DNA from: Candidatus Poribacteria bacterium | Lineage (GTDB): Bacteria > Poribacteria > WGA-4E > WGA-3G | Direction of reading: 5' to 3' | NCBI GenBank assembly: GCA_963663765.2 | Contig: CAXXUA010000005.1 | Location: 1,216,001-1,280,000, forward strand | Length of the DNA: 64,000 nucleotides | In this document: piece after piece, positions 1-9,048 of the stretch | Layout of the letters: each line of letters opens with the position of its first letter | How positions within the stretch are numbered: position 1 is the stretch's first letter | Program-made: the position numbers and the translations under genes | Notes under the pieces: model-generated | What the model was told of the DNA's origin: nothing | What the model saw: only the letters and a program-made list of their open reading frames with translations | Database searches by the model: none

Positions 1-2
1 AA

Positions 3-299
3 ATTGGACGCTATTGGATGGCACGCGAACTTACTGATATTACACTCATAAAAGAAAAACAACAGATTAACCTCTCCACACAATTCCCAACCGCAGACTT
101 CACATTATCCATTGATGCACCTATACAGAATATACAAGGCAACGGTTGCCAACTCCGCGAAGTATATTCGCGCCGCGATTTTCAGAAAAATACCTTTATC
201 TGTGAAGGTAAACATACATTCGTTGCTATTGATCTGGAAACCGGAAAAACAGAATTATCCCTAACGCTAAAGGATGTATCCGACACTCCGCACTTCTGA
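3..299 (+). CDS. 3' fragment of a hypothetical protein (5' end outside window)
   Basis: Frame is open from the window start; the last 6 codons and the stop come from the MITE at 280-502. Confidence 0.55.
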   Translation: MGRYWMARELTDITLIKEKQQINLSTQFPTADFTLSIDAPIQNIQGNGCQLREVYSRRDFQKNTFICEGKHTFVAIDLETGKTELSLTLKDVSDTPHF

Positions 300-502
300 T
301 TTGCGTTTTTCGATAATAATTTGATAAACCCGCGTGGAGACTATATTTAGCAAACAATTTCAATTTAAAATGATAAAATAACAAGTTCGGTTTTGTCTCA
401 AAATATAGAACTCAAAATCACCATTATTTTGTGCGAATCCTTGTGTGATACGGGTTTATCCCAATATTATAAAAATGTATTAAAACAAGTGCGGAGTGTA
501 GG
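280..502. mobile_element. MITE family H
   Basis: TIRs CCGACACTCCGCACTT / AAGTGCGGAGTGTAGG (15/16); ATGTAT direct repeat at 274-279 and 503-508. Confidence 0.8.
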
Positions 503-804
503 ATGTATAAAAACTGAGAACCAAATTATACTATGTTCTCAGTATATAAATTCATGTTGACATGCAACTGAAAATAAAGTAATATATAGACGTATATATT
601 TTATCAACATAATTCTATACAACTTTATTATTTACGTTTTCACTGATCTGTCTCAACAGTCAATGCTATCTGAAACTATTCTCATCTACTACCGAAAAAC
701 AACCATTTTACACTATTTTGTCTGTTATCTCATAGATTCTTGCACTGACACAACTAATTTTAAATATATAATACATAAATATATAATAATTATTTACTTT
801 TTTA

Positions 805-833
805 TTGACTTATTATTTATTATATGGCATAAT
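805..833 (+). promoter_or_regulatory. sigma70-like promoter
   Basis: TTGACT-17 nt-CATAAT upstream of the 1142-aa ORF; AT-rich context raises the chance of a random match. Confidence 0.45.
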
Positions 834-1066
834 ATCTAATACTGTGCTGAAAATTCTCTTTATTATGGTGAAGTTTGAAAATATTTAGACGTATTCACAC
901 TAAGCGCTGAGATAGATGAAATACTAAACCACTCAAAACTTCAGTAATTGCCACATTCTGTTACCATCAGTTTACGTGTTCTATACGGACTCTTAAATAA
1001 AATTCGCACTTCAATCAATTGAGTTTTTAAAAGTTCATAATATCAACAAAATATTTTTCTTATCTT

Positions 1067-4000
1067 ATGAAACGTCTAAAAAAACTTATAGCACGATGCC
1101 ATGAAAGGCATATAAATCAACTTCAACAACGAAAAACATCAGTAGCACCTGCCGTATACAATATAGGTATCCCTTACGAATATACTGTTCACTACTCACA
1201 TGGACGTTCTGTTAAACTCCAAGAACTTGAAGAAGCGAACATCTCCTTCTCACCAATTGGACGTGCCCATGAAAACAACCCAGACCTAAGATCGTATACC
1301 GGCAAACGAGATAATCAACTTTCAAAAACACAAACAATAGGAAGTTGGGAACCGCACCGATGGCGAAAATCATGGGGAATTCAGGTGTACACTGGCATCC
1401 CCTCTGAACGCTACGGCACACAATGGCACGATGTCAATATCAGATATGAGGCTATTTGTGATGCGCCAGATACTGTCTTCACATGTATTGAAGCACTAAC
1501 AAATGCTGTCGTGAACCCACTATTGACAATAACAAAATCTGGTAGTATACGACTTTCATTCAGAGTCCCGGATTACTTACATCCACATGAGGAAAAAGAA
1601 AGACTATATATCTATAGACATACACCTACAACAGATGATCCAGACCAAAACACCTTATACGTTGAAATTTTAGGTGAGAAAGGATATAGTCGTTGGGATG
1701 CGCGTTATGAAATCTTACTTGGAGATCTATTAGACCCACCCATTATTTCAAAAGACCTTCTCTTTGCTCCTATTGATATACTACGCGATCTACTCCATGA
1801 ACCATCCAAAGAAAAACAAGGAGCATCCAAACCAAATAAGATCAATGTTAAAGGGGTATATAATCAACCACCACTTACTCTTGGTTCACGTAGACTTGAT
1901 CTCGCCAAAGAAGCGTTTTTAAAACGTGGTTATACCTACATTCAACAAAATAATGATTTTCACCACTGGACACTGCATGACACAATTGATCGCAACAAAC
2001 ATATCACGCTATGGGATCGTAACGGGACTGTGTGGGTCCGCGCTGCTGCTCCCGGTTTTGGATTGCCAATTGAAACAACACCCATAACAGACATCTGGAA
2101 AGATACAGGTATCCTGCCACAAATTCCAACGGCTGTAATGCCATCATCCCATAATGTTCTTGCTGTTCGACAAGGTGAAATCAGTCCATTGGCGATAAAA
2201 CGTCCTATTCCTATACTCTCTAAGGAAGATCACACTGAAAATAAAATCCCAGACCTTATTCAAAACACTACCGAATTACAGGATCTCTATAATAGCGAAG
2301 CACGTATTCTTGGATTGAAAACGGATGTGGACACAGTAGAAAATAGTCATATAGAATCTTATCTGCCAAAGGATTGCGCAATATGTCTCAACGCACAAAC
2401 ACCTAAACGCGCAAAAAAAATAGAACAAGATTTAAAGGAACAAAACGTCCCATCATATACGCAATGGAAACCACGAAAATATCTGTGGGAACAAGTAAAA
2501 GAGATACCCATCAACGATAGAATCGCAGAACCTTTCAAACACGGAAATGTTTGTATTGACGCAGAACGGTGCGATGCATTGATAGAAAAAGGAGGAGAAC
2601 CGAATGAAACTATCTGCCCGCAATGCCCCGTTCATAAAGAGTGCAAACAACACGGATACTTGTCCCAAATTACCACATTACAAAACTCAAACATTCAGGT
2701 TTTAGCGTTTCCCTATCTGTTTTTCAGTCCACAATATAATACACTTGCAGAAGAAATTCTTAAACCGATCCACAATACTCACCGATTTTGTATTGTAGAT
2801 GCAACAAAACACCCCAATTTGTTTCTTAAGCATAGACTTGCAATTGAGATGTTGAAAGAATGGAGTGAAGATTGGAAAGACGAACCGTTAGGCAACTTTT
2901 CAAGTTTACTACTAATTGCTTTACAAGTTAAAGGTAGGTTTGATGACGAATCTGTCGGTAGAATCCGCTCAGTGCTCCAAGCATTTCAACCACAAGAAGA
3001 AGTTATTTGTAAACAAATGTGTCAAGTAAATATACCCTGCAAAGTTGTTGAACGTGGTTATGTTGATCCTGACACTGGCAAAGAACTGTCTCAATTTACG
3101 ATAGTTTTTGACACAGGACATGATGCATACATTCCTATAGATGACAGGGCAGAAAATACTCTTAAGGCACTGAATCTCCCTTTTTTACAGCTGCAATCTT
3201 TTGAAGTTAACAAAAAAATAAAAGTACCTATGCAGATGGCACAAGCAATCCAGTTAGGTGCTTTGAATATAGAAACCGTTGAGAAAATTAAGAACTTCCC
3301 AACAGTTTGCTCAAATCCAAGTTGGACAGTTTGGCATCAACTCAAAAGTTTCTATAGATATTTCAAGCAAGATGAAGATGCACGAGTAATGTGGGATAAA
3401 AAGGTGTTTGAGTACCAAATTCCCCCTGTGCTGCACCCAAATATCAAACGCCTATTAGTAATATCAAAAAATTTGTCAGAACAGTATCTCAGTAGGATTT
3501 TCCCCGGTGAGGTCGTTGAGGTAAAACACCTTGATCAAACTCAGTGGACTCAAGGTAACAAGTTTTTCCAGATTCGGACAGGTATTTATCCTCAAGAAAC
3601 AATTTTAGATTACAACGAAAATTGGGATGTAATCGGGTTTAGTGAAACAGGCAACAGATTTTTTACCGGTGTTTTGAAAGAAATTGAAAAAGACCCAACC
3701 ATATCACATGCAATCATCACATATTCAGCAGCAATCAAACAACTAACAGAAATCATAAATAGAGAAAATGTCTATTTCCTACAGCATCCTATAGATAACA
3801 CTAAATACAACAACATTCTTGAAAAAACACAAGTCACATGGATCATCGGTGCACCTGAAATACCACAAGGACGTATATGGCGAACAGCACAAACCCAGTT
3901 CGGAAGTGACGAGATCGCTCTTAAATATGAGAAAGATACGGAGACCGGTCTCTATATTGACGAAAGGATGCAGCATATTTATGAACAGAATATTACTGAA

Positions 4001-4495
4001 GTGCTCAGACAAACTTTGGCTAATTTGCAGTTGGACAGATTAACAGGAAAAACGGTGATACTGTTAAGTGGTTTGGCTGTACCAAGTATCACCTATAATG
4101 CAGAAACACTCCTTTTTGACTGGGAGGATTTTGAAGTGGCAGATGGTCTTAATAAACTACCGGAAGTGATCGCGACCCGACAACAATTTGAAAAAGATCG
4201 ATATAACCTGACAGCAAAATCCAGCAGACAAGAGGTGGAAAGAGTCTTAGGTTGTTCGCCAAGACAAGCAAACCGTGTATTACAAAAGTTTCGTGGAGGT
4301 GCACGTTTACGTGTGCCTTTCCGTGATCAAATCCTATCTCTCCTTACAGATGGTAATAAAAAGACCTCCGAACTCGTTTATGCTATTGAAGGCAACCCAG
4401 AAGCAGTTAAGAATGAACTAAAACGCCTCATAGATAGAGGCGAAATCGTTCGTGTTCAACGTGGATTGTATGCTTCCACAAAAGATAGCACTTAA
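1067..4495 (+). CDS. large hypothetical protein: Prim-Pol-like N-terminus, Cys cluster, degenerate helicase-like core, C-terminal HTH/wHTH
   Basis: 1142-aa ORF; motifs GIQVYTGIPS..WHDVN, TKSGSIRLSF, VEILGEKGY; C-x5-C...CPQC-x5-C..GY; FCIVDA; two terminal HTH-like segments. Confidence 0.6.
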   Translation: MKRLKKLIARCHERHINQLQQRKTSVAPAVYNIGIPYEYTVHYSHGRSVKLQELEEANISFSPIGRAHENNPDLRSYTGKRDNQLSKTQTIGSWEPHRWRKSWGIQVYTGIPSERYGTQWHDVNIRYEAICDAPDTVFTCIEALTNAVVNPLLTITKSGSIRLSFRVPDYLHPHEEKERLYIYRHTPTTDDPDQNTLYVEILGEKGYSRWDARYEILLGDLLDPPIISKDLLFAPIDILRDLLHEPSKEKQGASKPNKINVKGVYNQPPLTLGSRRLDLAKEAFLKRGYTYIQQNNDFHHWTLHDTIDRNKHITLWDRNGTVWVRAAAPGFGLPIETTPITDIWKDTGILPQIPTAVMPSSHNVLAVRQGEISPLAIKRPIPILSKEDHTENKIPDLIQNTTELQDLYNSEARILGLKTDVDTVENSHIESYLPKDCAICLNAQTPKRAKKIEQDLKEQNVPSYTQWKPRKYLWEQVKEIPINDRIAEPFKHGNVCIDAERCDALIEKGGEPNETICPQCPVHKECKQHGYLSQITTLQNSNIQVLAFPYLFFSPQYNTLAEEILKPIHNTHRFCIVDATKHPNLFLKHRLAIEMLKEWSEDWKDEPLGNFSSLLLIALQVKGRFDDESVGRIRSVLQAFQPQEEVICKQMCQVNIPCKVVERGYVDPDTGKELSQFTIVFDTGHDAYIPIDDRAENTLKALNLPFLQLQSFEVNKKIKVPMQMAQAIQLGALNIETVEKIKNFPTVCSNPSWTVWHQLKSFYRYFKQDEDARVMWDKKVFEYQIPPVLHPNIKRLLVISKNLSEQYLSRIFPGEVVEVKHLDQTQWTQGNKFFQIRTGIYPQETILDYNENWDVIGFSETGNRFFTGVLKEIEKDPTISHAIITYSAAIKQLTEIINRENVYFLQHPIDNTKYNNILEKTQVTWIIGAPEIPQGRIWRTAQTQFGSDEIALKYEKDTETGLYIDERMQHIYEQNITEVLRQTLANLQLDRLTGKTVILLSGLAVPSITYNAETLLFDWEDFEVADGLNKLPEVIATRQQFEKDRYNLTAKSSRQEVERVLGCSPRQANRVLQKFRGGARLRVPFRDQILSLLTDGNKKTSELVYAIEGNPEAVKNELKRLIDRGEIVRVQRGLYASTKDST

Positions 4496-4589
4496 CTGAT
4501 TTTCGGGATTGCAGAGTTTTCTAATAACATCGTGAGTTGATAATAAGTATATGAACTTCATTTTGCTAGAGATAATATACTAATTGCCC

Positions 4590-4662
4590 CGGTAGGTTCG
4601 GTTTCTAACCAATGCAGAATACGCGTATGGTATTCTGCATTGGTTAGAAACCGAACCTACCG
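4590..4662. repeat. perfect 33-bp-stem hairpin built from GTAG-type REP halves
   Basis: 4590-4622 is the exact reverse complement of 4630-4662; 7-nt loop. Confidence 0.9.
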
Positions 4663-5200
4663 TCGTGTACAAGTAATTATAGATTTCACTATAATAAATT
4701 ATTCTTCATACGGCATTCCCCGGGATTATTAGATTATCAAGATTTTTCTCATCAAATCCTATTCCAAAAAAGAGCACAAACGCATATAAAAAACCCTTGA
4801 TGAGGTAAATCCTGAAAAACTGGTAATCTTGAAAATCCTGGTTCAGACAATAAACAAGAATACCACAAAAATCCCTATATATATCAACAATCTTAACTCA
4901 TAATTAACTACCATAACCATAGACTCTTAAAACTGAATAACCCTGCTAAACGCGCATTTGGCTTTGATTCACTCCCCACGAAAAACACTAACACTTTTTT
5001 CTTTAATTGACGCCTGTGGTGCGGTTTCCTAACCAATGTAGAATACCACACACACAGGGAATGCCTAAATGGCATTCATACTGTTTTTTTTGGTGCTTTG
5101 TAAGCGCGCTGGTATGTCAAAACCCAATGGATATCTATTGGAATTCCCAATAAACAGACACCCAAAAAACTACAAACCCAATCAAAAATCACATATAATA

Positions 5201-5335
5201 CAGGACTTACGCAGTTTTCATGATTTGATGAAAAATTATGACGAAAATGGTGTAATTTTCAGCATTTTTTCGGTTTCCAGCGCGCTTACAAAGCGCGCTT
5301 ACAAAGCGCGCCTACCGTTGGGTGCGTAAGTCCTG
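5201..5335. mobile_element. MITE family D carrying a REP
   Basis: TIRs CAGGACTTACGCA / TGCGTAAGTCCTG; TAATA direct repeats; homologous copies at 21811 and 51702. Confidence 0.85.
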
Positions 5336-5341
5336 TAATAT

Positions 5342-5483
5342 CATAAGCGTCAATTTAAGGATTTTCACGTATTGTGGGAGGGGTTTTCAACCCCGAATTT
5401 ATGCGCTTTTCCTCTCAAATCGAGGTTGAAAAACCCTCCCACAAGAAAAATGACAACAATATTTTCTTAAATTGACGCCTATG
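5342..5483. mobile_element. MITE family E carrying an inverted REP pair
   Basis: TIRs CATAAGCGTCAATTTAAG / CTTAAATTGACGCCTATG; exact 20-bp direct repeats at 5322-5341 and 5484-5503. Confidence 0.85.
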
Positions 5484-5679
5484 GTGCGTAAGTCCTGTAA
5501 TATATACAAATCAATAGCAAACAATAAAAACACTTGGAAAAACCAACACCCAAACACAAATAAAAAACCGTACCAATAACTGAAATTAATTTTGCCAAAA
5601 AACACAACAAAAACCCCAATAAAGCCTTATATATATACTGGACACATTACATGTTTACAAAACCGTACCACAAACCGAA

Positions 5680-5705
5680 AAAATCGTACCGTACGGTACG
5701 ATTTT
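5680..5705. repeat. 26-bp perfect palindrome with upstream half-sites
   Basis: AAAATCGTACCGTACGGTACGATTTT; AAAACCGTACCA at 5564 and 5659. Confidence 0.85.
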
Positions 5706-5706
5706 A

Positions 5707-5800
5707 ATAGTAAAATCCATAATTACTTGGACACGACGGTAAGTTCGGTTTCCTAACCGAACCTGTATAAAATCGTGTGTTTAGGAAACCGAACCTACCA
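5707..5800. repeat. REP-containing repeat, inverted copy of 4642-4692
   Basis: ATAGTAAAATCCATAATTACTTGGACACGACGGTAAGTTCGGTTTCCTAACC matches the reverse complement of 4642-4692 with few mismatches. Confidence 0.75.
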
Positions 5801-5882
5801 CACTTGGGTATTTACTTTCAGTCATATCAATTAATGGATAATTCTTAAAACTGAAAAACCCTGAAAAAAAATACAAAAATTC

Positions 5883-5911
5883 TGGACAAACAACCCATAG
5901 CATGCTATGTT
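5883..5911 (+). promoter_or_regulatory. putative promoter with overlapping palindromic operator
   Basis: TGGACA-17-TATGTT with extended TG; palindrome CATAGCATGCTATG at 5896-5909. Confidence 0.4.
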
Positions 5912-5949
5912 AAACATCATATATCTCATACATATAACCGAGAGGAGAA

Positions 5950-7506
5950 ATGATGGCTAACGAAAACTTCACATCAAAGGTACCGCACTATACCTTCGCG
6001 GAAACGTTGGAAGAACAGGAAGAACAACTAAAGACAAACCCTCTAATGGAGCGACTCATCGCATATCGGAAGACTTACGAAGGCGATCCACATCGGCCCA
6101 TATACCACTATATCAACCCAGAAGCCATGCTAAACGACCCAAACGGACTCTGTTTTTGGCAAGGACGATGGCATCTTTTCTATCAAGCATATCCACCAGA
6201 AGATACACGACAGCACTGGGGACACGCTGTTAGCGATGACCTTATCCACTGGCGCGACCTGCCCTATGCAATATACCCTAACCCAGAACGATGCTGTTTC
6301 TCAGGCTCAACTCTCGCTGAAGAAGACCGCGTCATTGCTATGTATCACGGCACTGTTGTCGGCAACATGGTTGCAGTCTCAAGCGACCCACTCCTTCTGA
6401 ACTGGGAAAAAGTTACAGGTAAAGCAGTAATTCCATCAAGACACGCCGACGGTACGAATCCTGTCTATCGTGTTTTTGACCCGTGTATTTGGAAGAAAGA
6501 TGACATGTATTATTCGCTATCTGGTGGCACTTTACCACACGGTCCAGGTGGGAAACCCGTTCGCGCTAACTTCTTGCTCCGCTCTGCAGACTTGGCAAAC
6601 TGGGTCTACCTACACCCCTTTGTTGAGGATGACCAATACACACTCGTCGGAGATGACGGAGCATGTCCATACTTTTGGCCCATCGGTGACAGACACATGC
6701 TACTCTTTTTCAGCCACATGAGCGGCGGACAATACCTACTCGGTGATTACGACAAAGCACGCGACAAGTTCGTTGTGACCGCAGGTGCAAAGAATAACTT
6801 CGGTGCAGCAGCCCCCGCAGGAGTCCACGCGCCTTCTGCAACACCTGATGGAGAAGGCGGACTCATCGTTATATACAACATGAACCCAGCAAAACCAACG
6901 AAAGGCTGGAATCAGATTATGACCTTACCGCGCCGTCTCACGCTTGTCTCAAGAGATGAAATCGGTGTAGAACCCGCAGGTGATATTGAATCGTTGAGAT
7001 ATGACCATCAACATGTCAATGCAATGACCCTCCCCGCAAACGAAGAAATTGTATTTGACAACATAAAGGGTAACGCAATGGAACTTGAGCTTGAAGTTGA
7101 TGTCAAAGGTGCGCCTATGTTTGAAATGAACGTATTTCGTTCTCCGAATAAGGAAGAGTTCACACGTATCGCCTTCTTTAGGGAACGTGGTTTACGTAAC
7201 CTCACAGGAAGGAATGTGCGCGATAGCCTACTCACGATTGATTCGTCCTATTCATCTGTCGCACCCGATGTGCGTTCACGAGCACCCGAAACGGGAGCTG
7301 TTCCAATTATGGGAGACGAAACCCTGAAATTGCGAGTGTTCGTGGACAAAAGTGTCGTTGAAGTCTTTGCAAATGGACGGCAATGTGTCGCAATGCGTGT
7401 CTATCCCGACAGAGAAGATAGCGTTGGCGTATCATTGCGGTCTCAAGGACAAGAAAGCCAACTCATAACGTTAGATGCGTGGCAGATGCAAAACATCTAT
7501 ACATAA
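5950..7506 (+). CDS. glycoside hydrolase family 32 protein (non-canonical active site)
   Basis: NDPNG, WHLFYQ, WGHAVS, FSGS motifs; C-terminal beta-sandwich with SVVEVF; GAGGAG RBS. Confidence 0.9.
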   Translation: MMANENFTSKVPHYTFAETLEEQEEQLKTNPLMERLIAYRKTYEGDPHRPIYHYINPEAMLNDPNGLCFWQGRWHLFYQAYPPEDTRQHWGHAVSDDLIHWRDLPYAIYPNPERCCFSGSTLAEEDRVIAMYHGTVVGNMVAVSSDPLLLNWEKVTGKAVIPSRHADGTNPVYRVFDPCIWKKDDMYYSLSGGTLPHGPGGKPVRANFLLRSADLANWVYLHPFVEDDQYTLVGDDGACPYFWPIGDRHMLLFFSHMSGGQYLLGDYDKARDKFVVTAGAKNNFGAAAPAGVHAPSATPDGEGGLIVIYNMNPAKPTKGWNQIMTLPRRLTLVSRDEIGVEPAGDIESLRYDHQHVNAMTLPANEEIVFDNIKGNAMELELEVDVKGAPMFEMNVFRSPNKEEFTRIAFFRERGLRNLTGRNVRDSLLTIDSSYSSVAPDVRSRAPETGAVPIMGDETLKLRVFVDKSVVEVFANGRQCVAMRVYPDREDSVGVSLRSQGQESQLITLDAWQMQNIYT

Positions 7507-7536
7507 TATGTCTATTGTAGGAGGGGTTTTCAACTC

Positions 7537-7677
7537 TATAGGTGTAAACTAAAAAAATAATGTTGTCCTTTCTCTTGTGGGAGGAGTTTTCAACCCCGAT
7601 TGTCCGCTATTCCCATTGTGAATTCGGGGTTGAAAACCCCTCCCACAAGAAGGTTTGTCCTTAAGTTCACACCTATG
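7537..7677. mobile_element. MITE family E, second copy (opposite orientation)
   Basis: 141 bp, homologous to 5342-5483; flanked by 19-bp direct repeats with 3 mismatches (7518-7536, 7678-7696). Confidence 0.8.
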
Positions 7678-7731
7678 TGGGAGGAGTTTTCAACCCCGAT
7701 GGTTTACGGATTATTATCAAAGGAGAAAAAA

Positions 7732-8706
7732 ATGCCAAAAGAATTAGTCGCAATTGCCCCACGGCAACCCGTCCTAAGAGAATATGAAGACGGACCCGTC
7801 CCCGCCGACAGCGTCCGTGTCCAAATTGAATTCGGTGCACCCAAACGCGGTACCGAGATGACACTATACTATGGATACCGAGGTGCAGGATTTCCACACG
7901 GACTCGGGAACATGTGCATCGGGAAAATCGTTGAAATCGGGGACAATGTCGAAGGATTTGAAATCGGGGAACGCGTCGCATCACACGGACATCTCAAAGA
8001 GACACACACATGGAATGCTGCACGTCTGCTCAAAATGCCAGACCGGATGACATGGAAAGAGGCAGTTTGTTATGACCCCGCACACTTCGCCTTATCCTCC
8101 ATCCGTGATGGACAAGTGCGTGTCGGAGACCGCGTTGCTGTTTTCGGTCTTGGTGCAATCGGTTTGATGACACAGCAGTTCGCAAAAGAAGCTGGGGCAG
8201 ATTTCATCGCATGTGTCGACCCCATAGAAAAACGCCGCGTCGTCGCTGAAAAAACTGGGGCAGATCTCGTTTTAGATCCAACCGCCTGCAATGTCGGTGA
8301 GGTGCTGCATGAGGTAAGTGGTGGTTTAGGATTTGATGTCGCCATCGAAACAAGCGCAAATTACAAAGCACTTGACGATGCAATACGCAGTATCGCATTT
8401 GAAGCCACTGTGGTCGTCGCAGGTTGGGCAAAAGAATGCAAAGGTGGATTAGACCTCGGTGCAGTCGCACACATGAACATCCCAAATCTTATCTTTGCAC
8501 GGGCAAACAGCGACCCCAACCGTGACCATCCCCGATGGAACTTCGCACGCATCCGAAACACATGCTGGCAATGGCTCACAGACGGCAGATTTAACTGCGA
8601 AAATATTGTTGATCCAGTAGTCCCATTTCAAGACTCAGTCGAGGCTTACATTGAGATGGACAACCATCCCGAACGCAGTGTCAAATTAGGTGTCTCTTTC
8701 CAGTAA
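7732..8706 (+). CDS. MDR-family (zinc-binding ADH-like) dehydrogenase
   Basis: GroES-like N-terminus, Rossmann VAVFGLGAIG; start moved to ATG 7732 after AAGGAG RBS. Confidence 0.85.
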   Translation: MPKELVAIAPRQPVLREYEDGPVPADSVRVQIEFGAPKRGTEMTLYYGYRGAGFPHGLGNMCIGKIVEIGDNVEGFEIGERVASHGHLKETHTWNAARLLKMPDRMTWKEAVCYDPAHFALSSIRDGQVRVGDRVAVFGLGAIGLMTQQFAKEAGADFIACVDPIEKRRVVAEKTGADLVLDPTACNVGEVLHEVSGGLGFDVAIETSANYKALDDAIRSIAFEATVVVAGWAKECKGGLDLGAVAHMNIPNLIFARANSDPNRDHPRWNFARIRNTCWQWLTDGRFNCENIVDPVVPFQDSVEAYIEMDNHPERSVKLGVSFQ

Positions 8707-9048
8707 ATGACAAAACTATTCATCAAACACGTTTCAATGCAAAATAAATTCGTCATTACGATAGAAAAATGGTATAATTAAATTATCAGTACGAACTCCT
8801 ACTGCATACTTTACTACCTAAAATAGACCACAGGTATATTCCTTTCTACAACATTTCTATTCTAACCCAATTTTTACCTTTCAGGGAAGCTGCGCGCTTG
8901 AACTGCTGTGTGTTATGAAATGTTGCTGACGTAACACCGTCTATTAGGAATACCCAGGTTCAAATGATTAAATATAGACCATTCTACTCAAAAGATATGA
9001 GATACCAAAATCCAATAACAAATTCGGCACAACACAAAAAGGAGAGAA

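Noticed and set aside
509-1066. Replication origin in the AT-rich intergenic region
   Set aside because: No DnaA-box cluster or clear iterons seen; only promoter-like motifs and a short ACTGAGAAC inverted repeat
5069-5605. Short ORFs at 5069-5329 and 5399-5605
   Set aside because: Lie across MITE/REP sequence; most likely non-coding
1067-5800. Prophage or integrated plasmid
   Set aside because: No integrase, att repeats or structural genes around the replication-like ORF
7600-7731. N-terminal extension of the dehydrogenase
   Set aside because: TTG start lies inside MITE E; the RBS supports ATG 7732
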